NCBI GenBank assembly: GCA_037445735.1
Contig: JBBIJY010000004.1
Span: forward strand, 32,001-96,000
Source: Armatimonadota bacterium
GTDB taxonomy: Bacteria; Armatimonadota; Fimbriimonadia; Fimbriimonadales; GBS-DC
Reading direction: 5' to 3'
DNA: 64,000 nt
This document shows positions 1 through 10,336 of this stretch, piece after piece. The position numbers and the translations under genes were made by a program. Positions within the stretch are counted from its first letter, which is position 1, and each line of letters starts with the position of its first letter. The notes beneath the pieces were generated by a model that saw nothing but the letters and a program-made list of their open reading frames with translations, made no database searches and had not been told where the DNA came from.

Positions 1-854
1 GGGAACACTATCGCATCCCGCGCCGATACGCCTCCTATGACGCCCTGCTGAATGACCCCGAAGTGGAGATTGTGTATATCGCCACGCCGCACACCCTGCA
101 CGCCGAGAACACGCGCGCCGCGCTGGAGGCGGGCAAGCATGTACTGTGCGAGAAGCCGTTCACGCTGAACGCGCGTCAGGCGGAGCCGCTCGTCGCGCTC
201 GCCCGCCAGAAGGGGCTGTTCCTGATGGAGGGCATGTGGACGCGCTGCTTCCCGCTCATACGCGAGATTGTCGCTCGCGTGGGGGCTGGCGAGATCGGAG
301 CTATCCGCATGATTCAGGCGGACTTCGGCTTCCGTGCGCCGTTTAACCCGTCGGGGCGACTGCTGAACCCTGCGCTGGGCGGCGGCGCGCTGCTCGATGT
401 GGGCGTGTACCCCGTCATGCTGGCGTTCCTGTTTCTGGGCGAGCCTGTGCGCATCCACTCTGCCGCCGCCATCGGCGCAACAGGCGTGGACGAGCAGTGC
501 GCGATCCTGTTCGAATATGCGGATGGCGCACTCGCGCTACTGGGCGCCGCCATCCAGACCGACACGCCCAAAGAGGCGACGATTTGCGGCACAGACGGGC
601 GAATCCGTATTCACACGCCGTGGTGGAAGCCGTCGGAGGCGACGCTCACCCGCGCCGACGGCAGCGAGGAGCCAATCCGCCACCCCTACACGGGCGACGG
701 ACTGCAGTTCGAAATCCGCCATGTGCATGACTGCCTGCGGGCAGGGCGCATCGAGAGCGGCTGGATGCCTCTGGACGAAACGCTCCGCATCCTGCGCGTG
801 CTGGATACCATTCGCGCCCGGTGGGGGCTGATCTATCCCGACGAGAGGGAGTGA
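1..854 (+). CDS. Gfo/Idh/MocA family oxidoreductase (5'-partial)
   Basis: Frame is open from the window edge (EHYRIPRRYASYDALLNDPEV..); motifs VYIATP..H, HVLCEKP and GGALLDVGVY. Confidence 0.9.
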   Translation, partial: EHYRIPRRYASYDALLNDPEVEIVYIATPHTLHAENTRAALEAGKHVLCEKPFTLNARQAEPLVALARQKGLFLMEGMWTRCFPLIREIVARVGAGEIGAIRMIQADFGFRAPFNPSGRLLNPALGGGALLDVGVYPVMLAFLFLGEPVRIHSAAAIGATGVDEQCAILFEYADGALALLGAAIQTDTPKEATICGTDGRIRIHTPWWKPSEATLTRADGSEEPIRHPYTGDGLQFEIRHVHDCLRAGRIESGWMPLDETLRILRVLDTIRARWGLIYPDERE

Positions 855-860
855 GCGCGT

Positions 861-2705
861 ATGAGAGGGAGCGCCTTCGGATGGCTGATTGTGCTGCCCA
901 TCTTCGCGCTGGCGATAGGGCTGCGACTCTACAGCCTCGATGCTGACCCCGACTGGCGGCTCGACTGGAACCCCGGCCTGCTCACCGATGAGGCGTTCTA
1001 CATGCACAACGCCCGCAATCAGGTGCTGTTCGGGCAGGCGAATCTGGATGAGTTCAACAATGCGGTGCTGAGTCCGCTGGTTCACTGGCTGCATGTGTGG
1101 GTGTTCTCGCATTTTGGGGTGGGCTATGTGCAGGGTCGGCTGGTGTCGGTGGCGCTGGGACTGCTCGGTGTGATGCTGTTTGCCCGTCTGTTATGGATTG
1201 CGTTTCGGGGTGCGGGCGTGGCGCAGCGGGCAGTGCCCTCGGCAGCGGCTCTGGCGTGGCTGGGCGCGGCATGGCTGGCGTATGAGCATCTCTATCTGCT
1301 GTATAACCGCACCGCGTTGCTGGAGACGCCCGCTGCGTTCTTCTGTCTGTTGAGCCTCTGGCTGTTCGCGGAGGCGACGGTCAGCTCGCGGTGGTGGGGC
1401 GCGCTCGTCTGGGGCGGGCTGTCGGGCATAGCGGCATTACTGGCGCTGGCAACCAAGTTGACCACACTGCCGTTCGTGATGGCGCTGATGGCGGTGGCGC
1501 TGCTCACACCGCTTCTGGATCGCGAATCGGCGGCGTCGGGGCGCGTTATCGGGCGGGCGGTGCTGACAGGCATGCTCATAGCCGGTGCGCTCTGGCTCTT
1601 CCTGTGGCTGATGCCCCACTGGGAGACATGGAGCCGCATGCAGGCGTTCTATCTGCGCGTGCAGGGTCGCCCGCACAGCTGGGCGGAGGCGTGGCGGGCG
1701 GTTCAGACCGCGCTGATCGGCGAGCGCTACGGGCTGATGCAGTTCCTGTTCCTGCACGCGCCGCTCGCGTGGCTGGGCAGCCTGCTTATGCTGGTGGGCG
1801 TGGCGCGCTCCGTGCGCCTGCGCGCCGCACTGACGCCGATTGAGTGGGTACTGATTGGCTGGGTCGCGCTGAGCTGGTTGCAGATGGCGCTGATGCGGAT
1901 CGCTCCCACGCGCTACACAGCGGGGTTCATACCCGCAATGGTCGCTTTGCTATGGATTGCGATTGCCCGCTTCGAGCATCTGCGCTGGCTGCTCACCGAT
2001 GCAGGTTTCAAAAGCTGGCTGGCGCGGCTGCTAATTGGCGCGGGTGTGGTCTATTTCCTGCTGTTGCTGGCGTTGCCCGGTGTGGAGTGGCGCACGATGG
2101 AGTTTCCTGTGCTGGACAATCGCCTGCGTGCGCGATTGCTGGTGGTGGCGTTTGTGGCGGCAGGCTGTCTCGCCTGGCTGCTGCCGTGCGTGGCAGGGCG
2201 TTTCGCCCTGCGTGCCTCACCTGCCCTCGCCACGCTCATGATGGTGGTCGGGCTACTGCTGAACACGCCGTGGTACATCAGCTACTTTGCCGGGCGCACC
2301 TATCAGCTCAGGGAGTTCAATCAGCAGTTGACTCGCGCGTTGCCGGAGGGGTCGGTGCTGGTGGGCGTGGCGTTTGAGACGCCGTTCCGCTACTTTTTCG
2401 TGTTTCGCGGGCTGTGCAACGACCGTCAGTCGCCGCAGGCGATGGGCGCCACGCACCTGCTGGTGGTCGGCTCCGAAGAGACGCTGATTCGGTTCTGGAC
2501 ATCGGGTGCTGATCTGAGCCGCTGGTACACGGTGTCGGATCGGGTGGAGCCGGCGGCGCACCCGATGCTGCGCGGGCGCGTGGGACCCTATCGCCTGCTG
2601 GTGTACGAGCTGCCCCGTATCGACGCGCTCGGCTGGCGCGAATCGTCGCTCGTGCCCCGCCCGCGCATGGCGCCCAGCGCGATTCTGAAACCCCCTGCAC
2701 CCTGA
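861..2705 (+). CDS. ArnT/PMT (GT39/GT-C) family membrane glycosyltransferase
   Basis: N-terminal TM followed by the DE motif (TDEAFY), YNRTALLE, K in LATKLT; many hydrophobic helices. Confidence 0.75.
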   Translation: MRGSAFGWLIVLPIFALAIGLRLYSLDADPDWRLDWNPGLLTDEAFYMHNARNQVLFGQANLDEFNNAVLSPLVHWLHVWVFSHFGVGYVQGRLVSVALGLLGVMLFARLLWIAFRGAGVAQRAVPSAAALAWLGAAWLAYEHLYLLYNRTALLETPAAFFCLLSLWLFAEATVSSRWWGALVWGGLSGIAALLALATKLTTLPFVMALMAVALLTPLLDRESAASGRVIGRAVLTGMLIAGALWLFLWLMPHWETWSRMQAFYLRVQGRPHSWAEAWRAVQTALIGERYGLMQFLFLHAPLAWLGSLLMLVGVARSVRLRAALTPIEWVLIGWVALSWLQMALMRIAPTRYTAGFIPAMVALLWIAIARFEHLRWLLTDAGFKSWLARLLIGAGVVYFLLLLALPGVEWRTMEFPVLDNRLRARLLVVAFVAAGCLAWLLPCVAGRFALRASPALATLMMVVGLLLNTPWYISYFAGRTYQLREFNQQLTRALPEGSVLVGVAFETPFRYFFVFRGLCNDRQSPQAMGATHLLVVGSEETLIRFWTSGADLSRWYTVSDRVEPAAHPMLRGRVGPYRLLVYELPRIDALGWRESSLVPRPRMAPSAILKPPAP

Positions 2706-2823
2706 ACAACAGAATCGGGTATACTCTGACGGGTTGCAGCAGGTCGGCACGGAGTGGGAGTTCTATAACCCCACTCTTTTCTTTAAAAGACCGAATCCAT
2801 GCTGCGCCGAAGGGGGTATCGGA

Positions 2824-3939
2824 ATGCACTGTGAAGAGATCATCGAGGCTTTACGACAACTGGAGCGGGAGCGCCATATCCCGTTTGAGGAGCTGATGGC
2901 GACCCTTGAAGGAGCGTTCGCCAACGCCTATCGGCGGCAGACGCACCTGCCTTCCAGCGCGCGCGTGCAGGCAAAGTTCAACCCCGCAGCCCCCCACTGC
3001 TTCTGCGTCATCGCAGAAAAAGAGGTGGTTGGTCTCGTAACCGACGAACACACCCAGATCAGCGTCGAAGATGCCCGCAAAATCAAACCCGACGCCGAAG
3101 TTGGCGAGATTATCCAGGTGGAGTTGCCCGTCGAAGAGTTCGGGCGTGTGGCGGTTCAGAACGCGTTTCAACTCCTTGTGCAGCGACTGCGTGAACTGGA
3201 ACGCGAGCATACGGTCAGAGATCTGCTCACCCGCAAAAAAGAGGTCATTCCCGCGCGGGTGGAACGATTTATCGGTCCGAAGGTTCTGCTCTCATACGGA
3301 CGCCTGGAGGTAATCCTGCCCGAAAAGCATCAAAGCCCGCGCGATGTGTATGAGATTGGCGATACCATCAAGGTGTATGTGCTGGAGGTGCGCACGCCGC
3401 CCGCCGAGCCAGGGCGCGAGCCGCGCCTGCGCGATGTGAAGGTCATCGCCTCGCGCACCGACCCGATGCTGGTGGCGCACCTGCTCAAACAGGAGGTGCC
3501 CGAAGTCGCCAGCGGCGATGTGGAGATCAAAGCGATTGCTCGCGAGGCGGGCGAACGCACCAAAATCGCCGTCACCTCCAAAAACCCACTGATTGACCCT
3601 GTGGGCGCGTGTCTCGGCTCGCGCGGCATGCGCATTCAGGCAATCAGCAACGAGCTGTTCAACGAACCCATCGATGTGGTCAAATGGAGTCGCGACCCGG
3701 AGCAGTTCATTCGCGAAGCGCTCAGTCCCGCCCGCGTGAACCGCGTGATTCTCAACGCTGACAAGCGCGAGGCGCTCGTTGTAGTGCCGAACCATCAGAT
3801 GCGTCAGGCGGTGGGGCGTGGTGGCGTGAATGTGCGCCTCGCTGAACAGCTCACCGGCTGGCGGCTCGATGTGCGCTCCGAAGGCGAGATAGCACGCGGC
3901 GAGGTCAACGGCGGTATCCCCTCCGCCCGACGCCCATGA
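2824..3939 (+). CDS. nusA: Transcription termination/antitermination factor NusA
   Basis: FGRVAVQ, S1 domain, IAREAGERTKIAV, DPVGACLGSRGMRI, AVGRGGVNVRLAEQLTGW; ATG start at 2824 chosen. Confidence 0.93.
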   Translation: MHCEEIIEALRQLERERHIPFEELMATLEGAFANAYRRQTHLPSSARVQAKFNPAAPHCFCVIAEKEVVGLVTDEHTQISVEDARKIKPDAEVGEIIQVELPVEEFGRVAVQNAFQLLVQRLRELEREHTVRDLLTRKKEVIPARVERFIGPKVLLSYGRLEVILPEKHQSPRDVYEIGDTIKVYVLEVRTPPAEPGREPRLRDVKVIASRTDPMLVAHLLKQEVPEVASGDVEIKAIAREAGERTKIAVTSKNPLIDPVGACLGSRGMRIQAISNELFNEPIDVVKWSRDPEQFIREALSPARVNRVILNADKREALVVVPNHQMRQAVGRGGVNVRLAEQLTGWRLDVRSEGEIARGEVNGGIPSARRP

Positions 3940-4196
3940 AGCGCGAACCCGTTCGGCGGTGCGCCAGCTGCCGGCGCACCGCCCCCAAAAAGGAACTCCT
4001 CCGTTTCGCCCGCCTGAAAGAGCGCGAGGGCTGGCGCATCGTGCTGGATCAGGCACAGAACCTGCCCGGACGCGGCGCGTACCTGTGCCCCCAGCGCGAA
4101 TGCATTCGTCAGGCGCTCAAAAAGCGCGCTCTGGACAAAGCCCTCCGCGCGCCCGTACCCCGCGAACTGCTGGAACAGCTGATGGCAGACCTCTAA
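3936..4196 (+). CDS. ylxR: YlxR/DUF448 RNA-binding protein
   Basis: PVRRCASC...KELLR...GRGAYLC...C; 4-nt overlap with nusA. Confidence 0.9.
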   Translation: MKREPVRRCASCRRTAPKKELLRFARLKEREGWRIVLDQAQNLPGRGAYLCPQRECIRQALKKRALDKALRAPVPRELLEQLMADL

Positions 4197-4264
4197 TGGT
4201 CAGATTCAAAGCAGGAATCCCGTCTCCGCTGGCGAATCGGTCATCTGCCACAGGAGGAATGGGC

Positions 4265-7200
4265 ATGGAAGCCAGGTTCGTTCATCTGCATCTGCACACG
4301 GAGTACAGCCTGCTGGACGGGGCGATTCGAATCCCCGAACTGGTCAAAACGGTCGCGCACTATGAGATGCCCGCCGTGGCAATCTCTGACCACGGCGTGA
4401 TGTACGGCGTGATCGACTTCTACAACGCCTGCACAGAGGCGGGCATTAAACCGATTATCGGCTGCGAACTCTATCTGGCGCCGCGCCGCATGCGCGACCG
4501 CACCCGCCAGGATCAGACCAGCTACCACCTGCTCATGCTGGCAAAAGATGAACGCGGTTATCGCAACCTGCTGCGACTCAGCACGATTGCCCATCTGGAA
4601 GGCTTCTACTACAAGCCGCGCGTGGACAAGGAGGTGCTGCGTCAGCATGCCGAAGGGCTGATTGCCACCTCCTCCTGCCTTGCAGGCGAGATACCCGACG
4701 CCCTGCTCAAGGGCAACTATGAACGCGCCCGCGCCCTCGTGCAGGAATATTGCGAGATTTTCGGACGCGAGAATTTCTATATCGAACTGCAGGATCACGG
4801 TCTGTCTGAACAGCGCACGGTGAACGAGGGACTGCTGAAGCTGGCGGAGGAGTTTCGCCTGCCCCTGCTGGTCACCAACGACGCGCACTATCTTAATCGC
4901 GAGGACGCCGAGATTCACGATGTGCTGCTGTGCGTGCAGACCAACTCGCGCATCGATGATCCGAAGCGGCTCCGATTTGGCACGCAGGAGTTCTATCTCA
5001 AGTCGCCGCAGGAGATGGCAGAGCTGTTTGCCCGCCATCCCGACGCGCTGGCGAACACGCTGGAGGTCGCCGAACGCTGCAATCTGGCTCTGGAGTTCGG
5101 TCGCGCTCAGCTGCCTGCGCCCGACCTGCCGGAAGGCAAGACGCCGATGGCGCACCTGCGCGACCTGTGCTACGATGCCCTGCCGCGCCTTGTGCCCAAC
5201 ACGCCTGACACCTATCTCCAGCGGCTGGAGTACGAGCTGTCGGTCATCGATAAGACGGGCTTCGCGCCCTACTTTTTGATTGTGCGCGACTTCGCCCAGT
5301 TCGCCCGTCAGCAGGGCATCTATTTTGGCGTGCGCGGCTCCGCCGCAGGCAGCCTCGTCTCCTACTGCCTCGGCATCACCGATATCGACCCCATCGAATA
5401 TGACCTCACCTTCGAACGCTTCCTGAACATCGAGCGCATCCAGATGCCCGATATCGACATGGACTTTGAGGACGCGCGACGCGATCTGGTGATCCGTTAT
5501 GTGCGCCAGAAGTACGGGGAGGAGCGCGTGGCGCAGATTATCACCTTCGGCACGCTGGCAGCGAAAGCCGCCCTGCGCGATGTGGGACGCGCCCTGAACA
5601 TCAACAGTGCCCTCATCGACCGCATCACCAGAGCCATCCCCAGTATGCCTGGCATGACCATCGAGCGCGCGCTGAGAGAATCGCCCGAGTTCCGCCAGGA
5701 GTACGAGCGCACGCCCGAAGTGCGGCGGCTGGTCGATCTGGCGCGGCGGCTGGAGGGCATCACGCGCAACGCCAGCGTGCATGCGGCGGGCGTGGTGATT
5801 GCCAGCGAGCCGCTGGTGGAGCGCGTGCCGCTCGCCCGCAGCGCCGACGGCGAACTCATCACTCAGTTCCATATGGGCAATCTGGAGCAGATTGGACTGC
5901 TCAAGATGGACTTTCTGGGACTGATGAACCTCTCCGTGCTGGCGAAAGCCGTGCAGAACATCGAACGCTCGCGCGGCGTTCGCATCAACCTGCGCGAGAT
6001 ACCGTTCAACGATGCGAAAACTTACGAGATGCTGGGGCGCGGCGAGACCACAGGCGTATTCCAGTTAGAGAGCGCGGGTATGCGCCGCTACATCCAGCAA
6101 CTGAAGCCCCAGAATGTGCGCGAACTCGCCGCGATGGTCGCCCTCTATCGCCCCGGACCGATGGAGCATATCCCTACCTACATCGCCCGCAAGCACGGAC
6201 GCGAACCCGTTACCTATCCGCATCCCCTGCTGGAGCCGATTCTCAAGGAGACCTACGGCGTGATTGTGTATCAGGATCAGGTGCTGAAGTGCGTGCAGGC
6301 GCTGGCGGGCTTCTCGCTGGGTAAGGCGGACATCCTGCGCCGTGCGATGGGCAAAAAGAAGCCCGAAGAGATGCGCCGCATGCGCTCCGAGTTCGTCAAA
6401 GGCGCCGCCGAAAGAGGCATCGACGAAGCGGAAGCCAACCGCCTGTTCGATCTGATCGAGCCGTTCGCTGGCTACGCCTTCAACAAGGCGCACGCCGTCT
6501 GCTACGCCCACATCGCCTATCAGACCGCCTACCTGAAGGCGAACTACCCCGTGGAGTATATGGCGGCGCTGATGGCGGTCTACAAGGAGAAGACCGATAA
6601 GATTGCCAGCTGCATCGAGGAGTGCCAGTCGCTGGGGATTGCGGTGCTGCCGCCGGATATTAACCGCAGTGAGGCGGTTTTCACGGTGGAGCCAGTCGAA
6701 TCGGCGCCTGGCTCCTCTCAAGCCTATGCGATTCGTTTCGGGCTGGGCGCGATCAAAAATGTGGGCGAGTCGGCATTAGAGGCGATTCTGCAGGCGCGGG
6801 CGGATGGAGGCGCGTTCGAAGATGTGTTCGACTTCGCTGTGCGGCTGCACGAGCGGGGCGGGCTGAACCGCGCCACTTTAGAAGCGCTCATTCAGGCGGG
6901 CGCTTTCGAATCGCTCCATCCCAATCGCGCTCAGCTGCTCGCCGGGCTGGACACGATTCTCAACTATGCGCAGTCGGTGGCGCGGGCGCGCGCGGCGGGG
7001 CAAAACTCGCTGTTTGAGGGCGGACAGGAGGTGCATATCCCGAAGCCCGCTCTGCCTGCCATCGACGATATGGGCACGCCCGAAAAGCTGGCGCTGGAGC
7101 GGGAGCTGTTAGGGGTCTATCTGTCGGCGCACCCGGTGCGCCCCTACGCCCGCGCGCTGGCGAAGGTCGCCACGCCCATCGCCCACGCCCGCGAGCGCGA

Positions 7201-7741
7201 ATCGGGCGCCTCCGTCACCGTCGGCGGCATCATCACCAGCCTGCGCACGCGCACCACGCGCCAGAGCGGCGCCCGCATGGCGGCGCTCGTGCTGGAAGAC
7301 CTCACAGGCAGCATCCCCGTCACGGTGTTCCCGCAAACTTACGAGGCATGCAAAGGCGCCCTCATCAAAGACCGTGTGGTGCTGGTTCGCGGCAGGCTCC
7401 AATCGCGCGAGAACGGCGACCGCAACGGCAACGGCGAGGGGAACGGGCTGGAGCTGATTGCTGAGCATGTGGAGCTGTTCGAACCGCCCGCTGACGGAGA
7501 GGAGGCGCTGCAGGATGGCGGTTCCTGCCTGCAGATTCGCCTGCGCCGTTGCCAGCCTGACCAGTTGAGCCACCTGCGCCAGTTGCTGGAGCGCCATCCG
7601 GGGGAGGCGATTGTGCGCTTCGGCGTGGGTACAAATGGCACAACACGCTGGGTGCAGGTGCCCCAGCGCGTCGCGCTCACGCCGCAGGTGCTGGACGCCC
7701 TGCGGCAGATGCTACCCGACGCCGAGATTTACGCCTTATAA
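4265..7741 (+). CDS. dnaE: DNA polymerase III alpha subunit
   Basis: PHP domain FVHLHLHTEYSLLDG, RGSAAGS, PDIDMD, GYAFNKAHA, OB fold; SD AGGAGG at 4252-4257. Confidence 0.97.
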   Translation: MEARFVHLHLHTEYSLLDGAIRIPELVKTVAHYEMPAVAISDHGVMYGVIDFYNACTEAGIKPIIGCELYLAPRRMRDRTRQDQTSYHLLMLAKDERGYRNLLRLSTIAHLEGFYYKPRVDKEVLRQHAEGLIATSSCLAGEIPDALLKGNYERARALVQEYCEIFGRENFYIELQDHGLSEQRTVNEGLLKLAEEFRLPLLVTNDAHYLNREDAEIHDVLLCVQTNSRIDDPKRLRFGTQEFYLKSPQEMAELFARHPDALANTLEVAERCNLALEFGRAQLPAPDLPEGKTPMAHLRDLCYDALPRLVPNTPDTYLQRLEYELSVIDKTGFAPYFLIVRDFAQFARQQGIYFGVRGSAAGSLVSYCLGITDIDPIEYDLTFERFLNIERIQMPDIDMDFEDARRDLVIRYVRQKYGEERVAQIITFGTLAAKAALRDVGRALNINSALIDRITRAIPSMPGMTIERALRESPEFRQEYERTPEVRRLVDLARRLEGITRNASVHAAGVVIASEPLVERVPLARSADGELITQFHMGNLEQIGLLKMDFLGLMNLSVLAKAVQNIERSRGVRINLREIPFNDAKTYEMLGRGETTGVFQLESAGMRRYIQQLKPQNVRELAAMVALYRPGPMEHIPTYIARKHGREPVTYPHPLLEPILKETYGVIVYQDQVLKCVQALAGFSLGKADILRRAMGKKKPEEMRRMRSEFVKGAAERGIDEAEANRLFDLIEPFAGYAFNKAHAVCYAHIAYQTAYLKANYPVEYMAALMAVYKEKTDKIASCIEECQSLGIAVLPPDINRSEAVFTVEPVESAPGSSQAYAIRFGLGAIKNVGESALEAILQARADGGAFEDVFDFAVRLHERGGLNRATLEALIQAGAFESLHPNRAQLLAGLDTILNYAQSVARARAAGQNSLFEGGQEVHIPKPALPAIDDMGTPEKLALERELLGVYLSAHPVRPYARALAKVATPIAHARERESGASVTVGGIITSLRTRTTRQSGARMAALVLEDLTGSIPVTVFPQTYEACKGALIKDRVVLVRGRLQSRENGDRNGNGEGNGLELIAEHVELFEPPADGEEALQDGGSCLQIRLRRCQPDQLSHLRQLLERHPGEAIVRFGVGTNGTTRWVQVPQRVALTPQVLDALRQMLPDAEIYAL

Positions 7742-7783
7742 GCCCTGCGACGACAGGCGACGGGTATAGTGAAGGGCAGGGCG

Positions 7784-8635
7784 ATGGGACACATTTTGCT
7801 GGTTTATAACGCGGGCAAGGCGGCGGCGGTGCGTCAGGCGCAGGAGGTCGCCCGCTGGCTGCGAGCGCGCGGCTATGAGGTGGTGCTGGCGGACCAGCAG
7901 ACGGCGATGGCGTGGGAGAGCCTGCCCGACCCGAACATCGCGCTGGTGGTCACCCTGGGGGGCGATGGCACGCTGTTGACGGCGGCGCATTTAGCCGCGC
8001 CAGCTGGCGTGCCGATTCTGGGCGTGCATCTGGGACGGTTCGGCTTCATTGCGCAGGTGGAACCTGACGAGTTGCAGGGCGCGCTGGAGCGGTGGCAGGC
8101 GGGCGACTGCACGGTGCAGGAGCGACTGATGGTGCAGGCGCGGGTGGCGGGCGAGGTGCGCCTCGCGTGGGCGCTAAACGAAATCGCGCTGCTGCGCCAT
8201 CCCACCTCGCCGATGCTCAACTTCGGCATCGCGATTAATGGGCTGCCGCTGACCACCTATCCCGCGGACGGCTCACTGGTGGCGACGCCGACCGGCTCCA
8301 CCGCCTACGCGCTGTCGGCAGGCGCACCCGTGATGCATCCCGCGACCGAGGCGCTGATTCTGACGCCCATCTCGCCCCACACGCTGGGCGCACGCCCACT
8401 GGTGCTGCCGCCCGACGCCCGCATCGACATCACCGTCGGTTGTGAGGCGACAGGCGACCCCGAAGTGCAGGTGCTGATCACCGCCGACGGACGCCGCCAC
8501 CAGTGGTTGACCGTCGGTCAAACGGTGAGCATCTCCGCTGCCCCCTTCCGCGCCAGGCTGCTCGTTTTTAACGAGAGTGAGTTCTTTGAGAAACTGCGCG
8601 ACCGCCTGCTGTGGGGCGCACGCGTGAATGAGTAG
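7784..8635 (+). CDS. nadK: NAD(+) kinase
   Basis: GGDGT motif, ALNE, ATPTGSTAYALSAG. Confidence 0.95.
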   Translation: MGHILLVYNAGKAAAVRQAQEVARWLRARGYEVVLADQQTAMAWESLPDPNIALVVTLGGDGTLLTAAHLAAPAGVPILGVHLGRFGFIAQVEPDELQGALERWQAGDCTVQERLMVQARVAGEVRLAWALNEIALLRHPTSPMLNFGIAINGLPLTTYPADGSLVATPTGSTAYALSAGAPVMHPATEALILTPISPHTLGARPLVLPPDARIDITVGCEATGDPEVQVLITADGRRHQWLTVGQTVSISAAPFRARLLVFNESEFFEKLRDRLLWGARVNE

Positions 8636-8645
8636 CTTGCGAAAA

Positions 8646-8802
8646 CCCCTCTCCTCCGCCTGCGGGGGAGAGGATGCGGGTGAGGGAGCTGACTCCACCT
8701 GCAAGCGGATGCAACCCCTCACCCCAACCCTCTCCCCAGAGGGGAGAGGGAGAAGTTAGCCCCTCTCCCCCGCCTGCGGGGGAGAGGGTACGGGTGAGGG
8801 GG
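8646..8802. repeat. Cluster of three REP-like palindromes (CCCTCACCC..CCCTCTCCCC..GGGGAGAGGG family)
   Basis: Units at about 8647-8686, 8715-8750 and 8761-8802, between convergent nadK and the desulfurase; the same family occurs at 22465-22671, 32574-32660 and 34262-34300. Confidence 0.85.
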
Positions 8803-8809
8803 CATAACT

Positions 8810-9985
8810 TCAGCGCGGCGAAGAGACCCTGCCCGGTATTCGGTGAGTCGCGCGAATGCGAGCAACCTCTCTCTCCAGCACTTCCACCGCGCAGGTGAGG
8901 TCGTCGCGTGTGGTGTGGCGTCCCAGCGAGAAGCGGATGCCCTGCTGGGCGGCGTCTTCGTCCCAGCCGAGCGCGAGCAGCACATGGGAGGGTTCCAGCG
9001 AGCCAGCGCTGCACGCCGCGCCACTGCTCGCGGCAATCCCTGCCCTGTCGAGCGCAATCAGCAAGCTGTCGGACGGCACACCTGCGAACCGAAAGTGGGC
9101 GTTGCCAGGCAACCGCTGATGGGGATGCCCCGTGAGGGTGGCGTCGGGCACACGCTCCAGAACCTGCTGGATGAACTCGTCGCGCAGGGCGGTCAGCCGC
9201 AGGGATTCCGATTCGCGCACCAATTCGGCAATCGCGGTCGCCTTCGCGAAGCCGACGATGCCTGCCACATTTTCGGTGCCCGCGCGTCGCTCCCGCTCCT
9301 GACCACCCCCGACCATCAGCGGCTGCAACGGCGTGCCCGCGCGAACATAGAGCGCGCCCACACCCTTCGGTCCATAAATCTTGTGCGCCGAGATACTTAA
9401 CAGATCGCAGCCGATGGTCTCCACCTTCACAGGCAACAGCCCGAAGGTCTGAACGGCATCCACATGGAACAGCACGCCCCGCTCGCGGCAGACCGCGCCG
9501 ATTGCCTCCACGGGCTGAATCGTGCCGATCTCGTTATTCGCGTGCATCACCGACACCAGCCATGTGTCAGGGCGGATTCGGCGACGCACCTCGTTGGGGT
9601 CGACCTGCCCGAAAGAATCCACAGGGATCAGCTCCAGCTCGTAGCCGAAGGGGCGAAGCCACTCGGCGGCGTTCAGCACGGCGTGATGCTCAACGGCGGA
9701 GACGAGCAGGTGGCGGCGGTGGGGAGGCGCCTTGAGTGACGCGCCGATAATCGCCAGATTGCACGATTCGGTGCCCGACGAGACGAAGCAGATTTCAGCG
9801 GGGTCGCAGCCGAGCGCCTGCGCCAGCATCTCCCGTGCCTCGTCGATTGCCAGCCGCGCCTCACGACCCCAGCGGTGCAGGCTGGACGGATTGCCGAAGG
9901 CATCCGTCAGAAACGGCTCCATCGCCTGCTTCACCTGCGGATCTAACGGCGTGGTGGCAGCGTGATCGAGATAGACACGACGCAT
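8810..9985 (-). CDS. iscS: Cysteine desulfurase (IscS/NifS family)
   Basis: VYLDHAATT, GNPSSLH, SAHKIYGPKG (PLP lysine), SSGAACSAGS. Confidence 0.93.
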   Translation of the reverse strand: MRRVYLDHAATTPLDPQVKQAMEPFLTDAFGNPSSLHRWGREARLAIDEAREMLAQALGCDPAEICFVSSGTESCNLAIIGASLKAPPHRRHLLVSAVEHHAVLNAAEWLRPFGYELELIPVDSFGQVDPNEVRRRIRPDTWLVSVMHANNEIGTIQPVEAIGAVCRERGVLFHVDAVQTFGLLPVKVETIGCDLLSISAHKIYGPKGVGALYVRAGTPLQPLMVGGGQERERRAGTENVAGIVGFAKATAIAELVRESESLRLTALRDEFIQQVLERVPDATLTGHPHQRLPGNAHFRFAGVPSDSLLIALDRAGIAASSGAACSAGSLEPSHVLLALGWDEDAAQQGIRFSLGRHTTRDDLTCAVEVLEREVARIRATHRIPGRVSSPR

Positions 9986-10045
9986 CTCTTCAAAGTGTAC
10001 CCCATATCCGGGGTATAATCTGCAGAATGCAGGAGGCGAGTGGGT

Positions 10046-10336
10046 ATGGCGCTGACGATTGAGCAGATGCGGCATGTGGCGAAGCTGGCGCGACTGGAAC
10101 TGCCCGACGAGAAACTGCAACAGTTGATGGGGCACATCAACGCCCTGATGGCGCACTTTGAGCGGCTGCAGTCGCTGCCCACCGAGACGGTGGAACCGAC
10201 CTCGCACTCGATCCCCGTCTATAACGCCTTTCGGGAGGATGTGCCGGGCACACCACTGCCGCGCGAGGACGCCTTAGCCAACGCCCCGCAAGCCCGCGAT
10301 GGGCTGTTTATCGTGCCCCGCATCGTGGAGGAGTAG
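10046..10336 (+). CDS. gatC: Asp/Glu-tRNA amidotransferase subunit C
   Basis: HVAKLARLEL...REDVP...LANAP...FIVPRIV; SD AGGAGG; directly upstream of gatA. Confidence 0.93.
   Translation: MALTIEQMRHVAKLARLELPDEKLQQLMGHINALMAHFERLQSLPTETVEPTSHSIPVYNAFREDVPGTPLPREDALANAPQARDGLFIVPRIVEE

Noticed and set aside
4265-7741. Intein in DnaE
   Set aside because: Length is normal, motifs are contiguous, and no C...HN splice junctions are seen.
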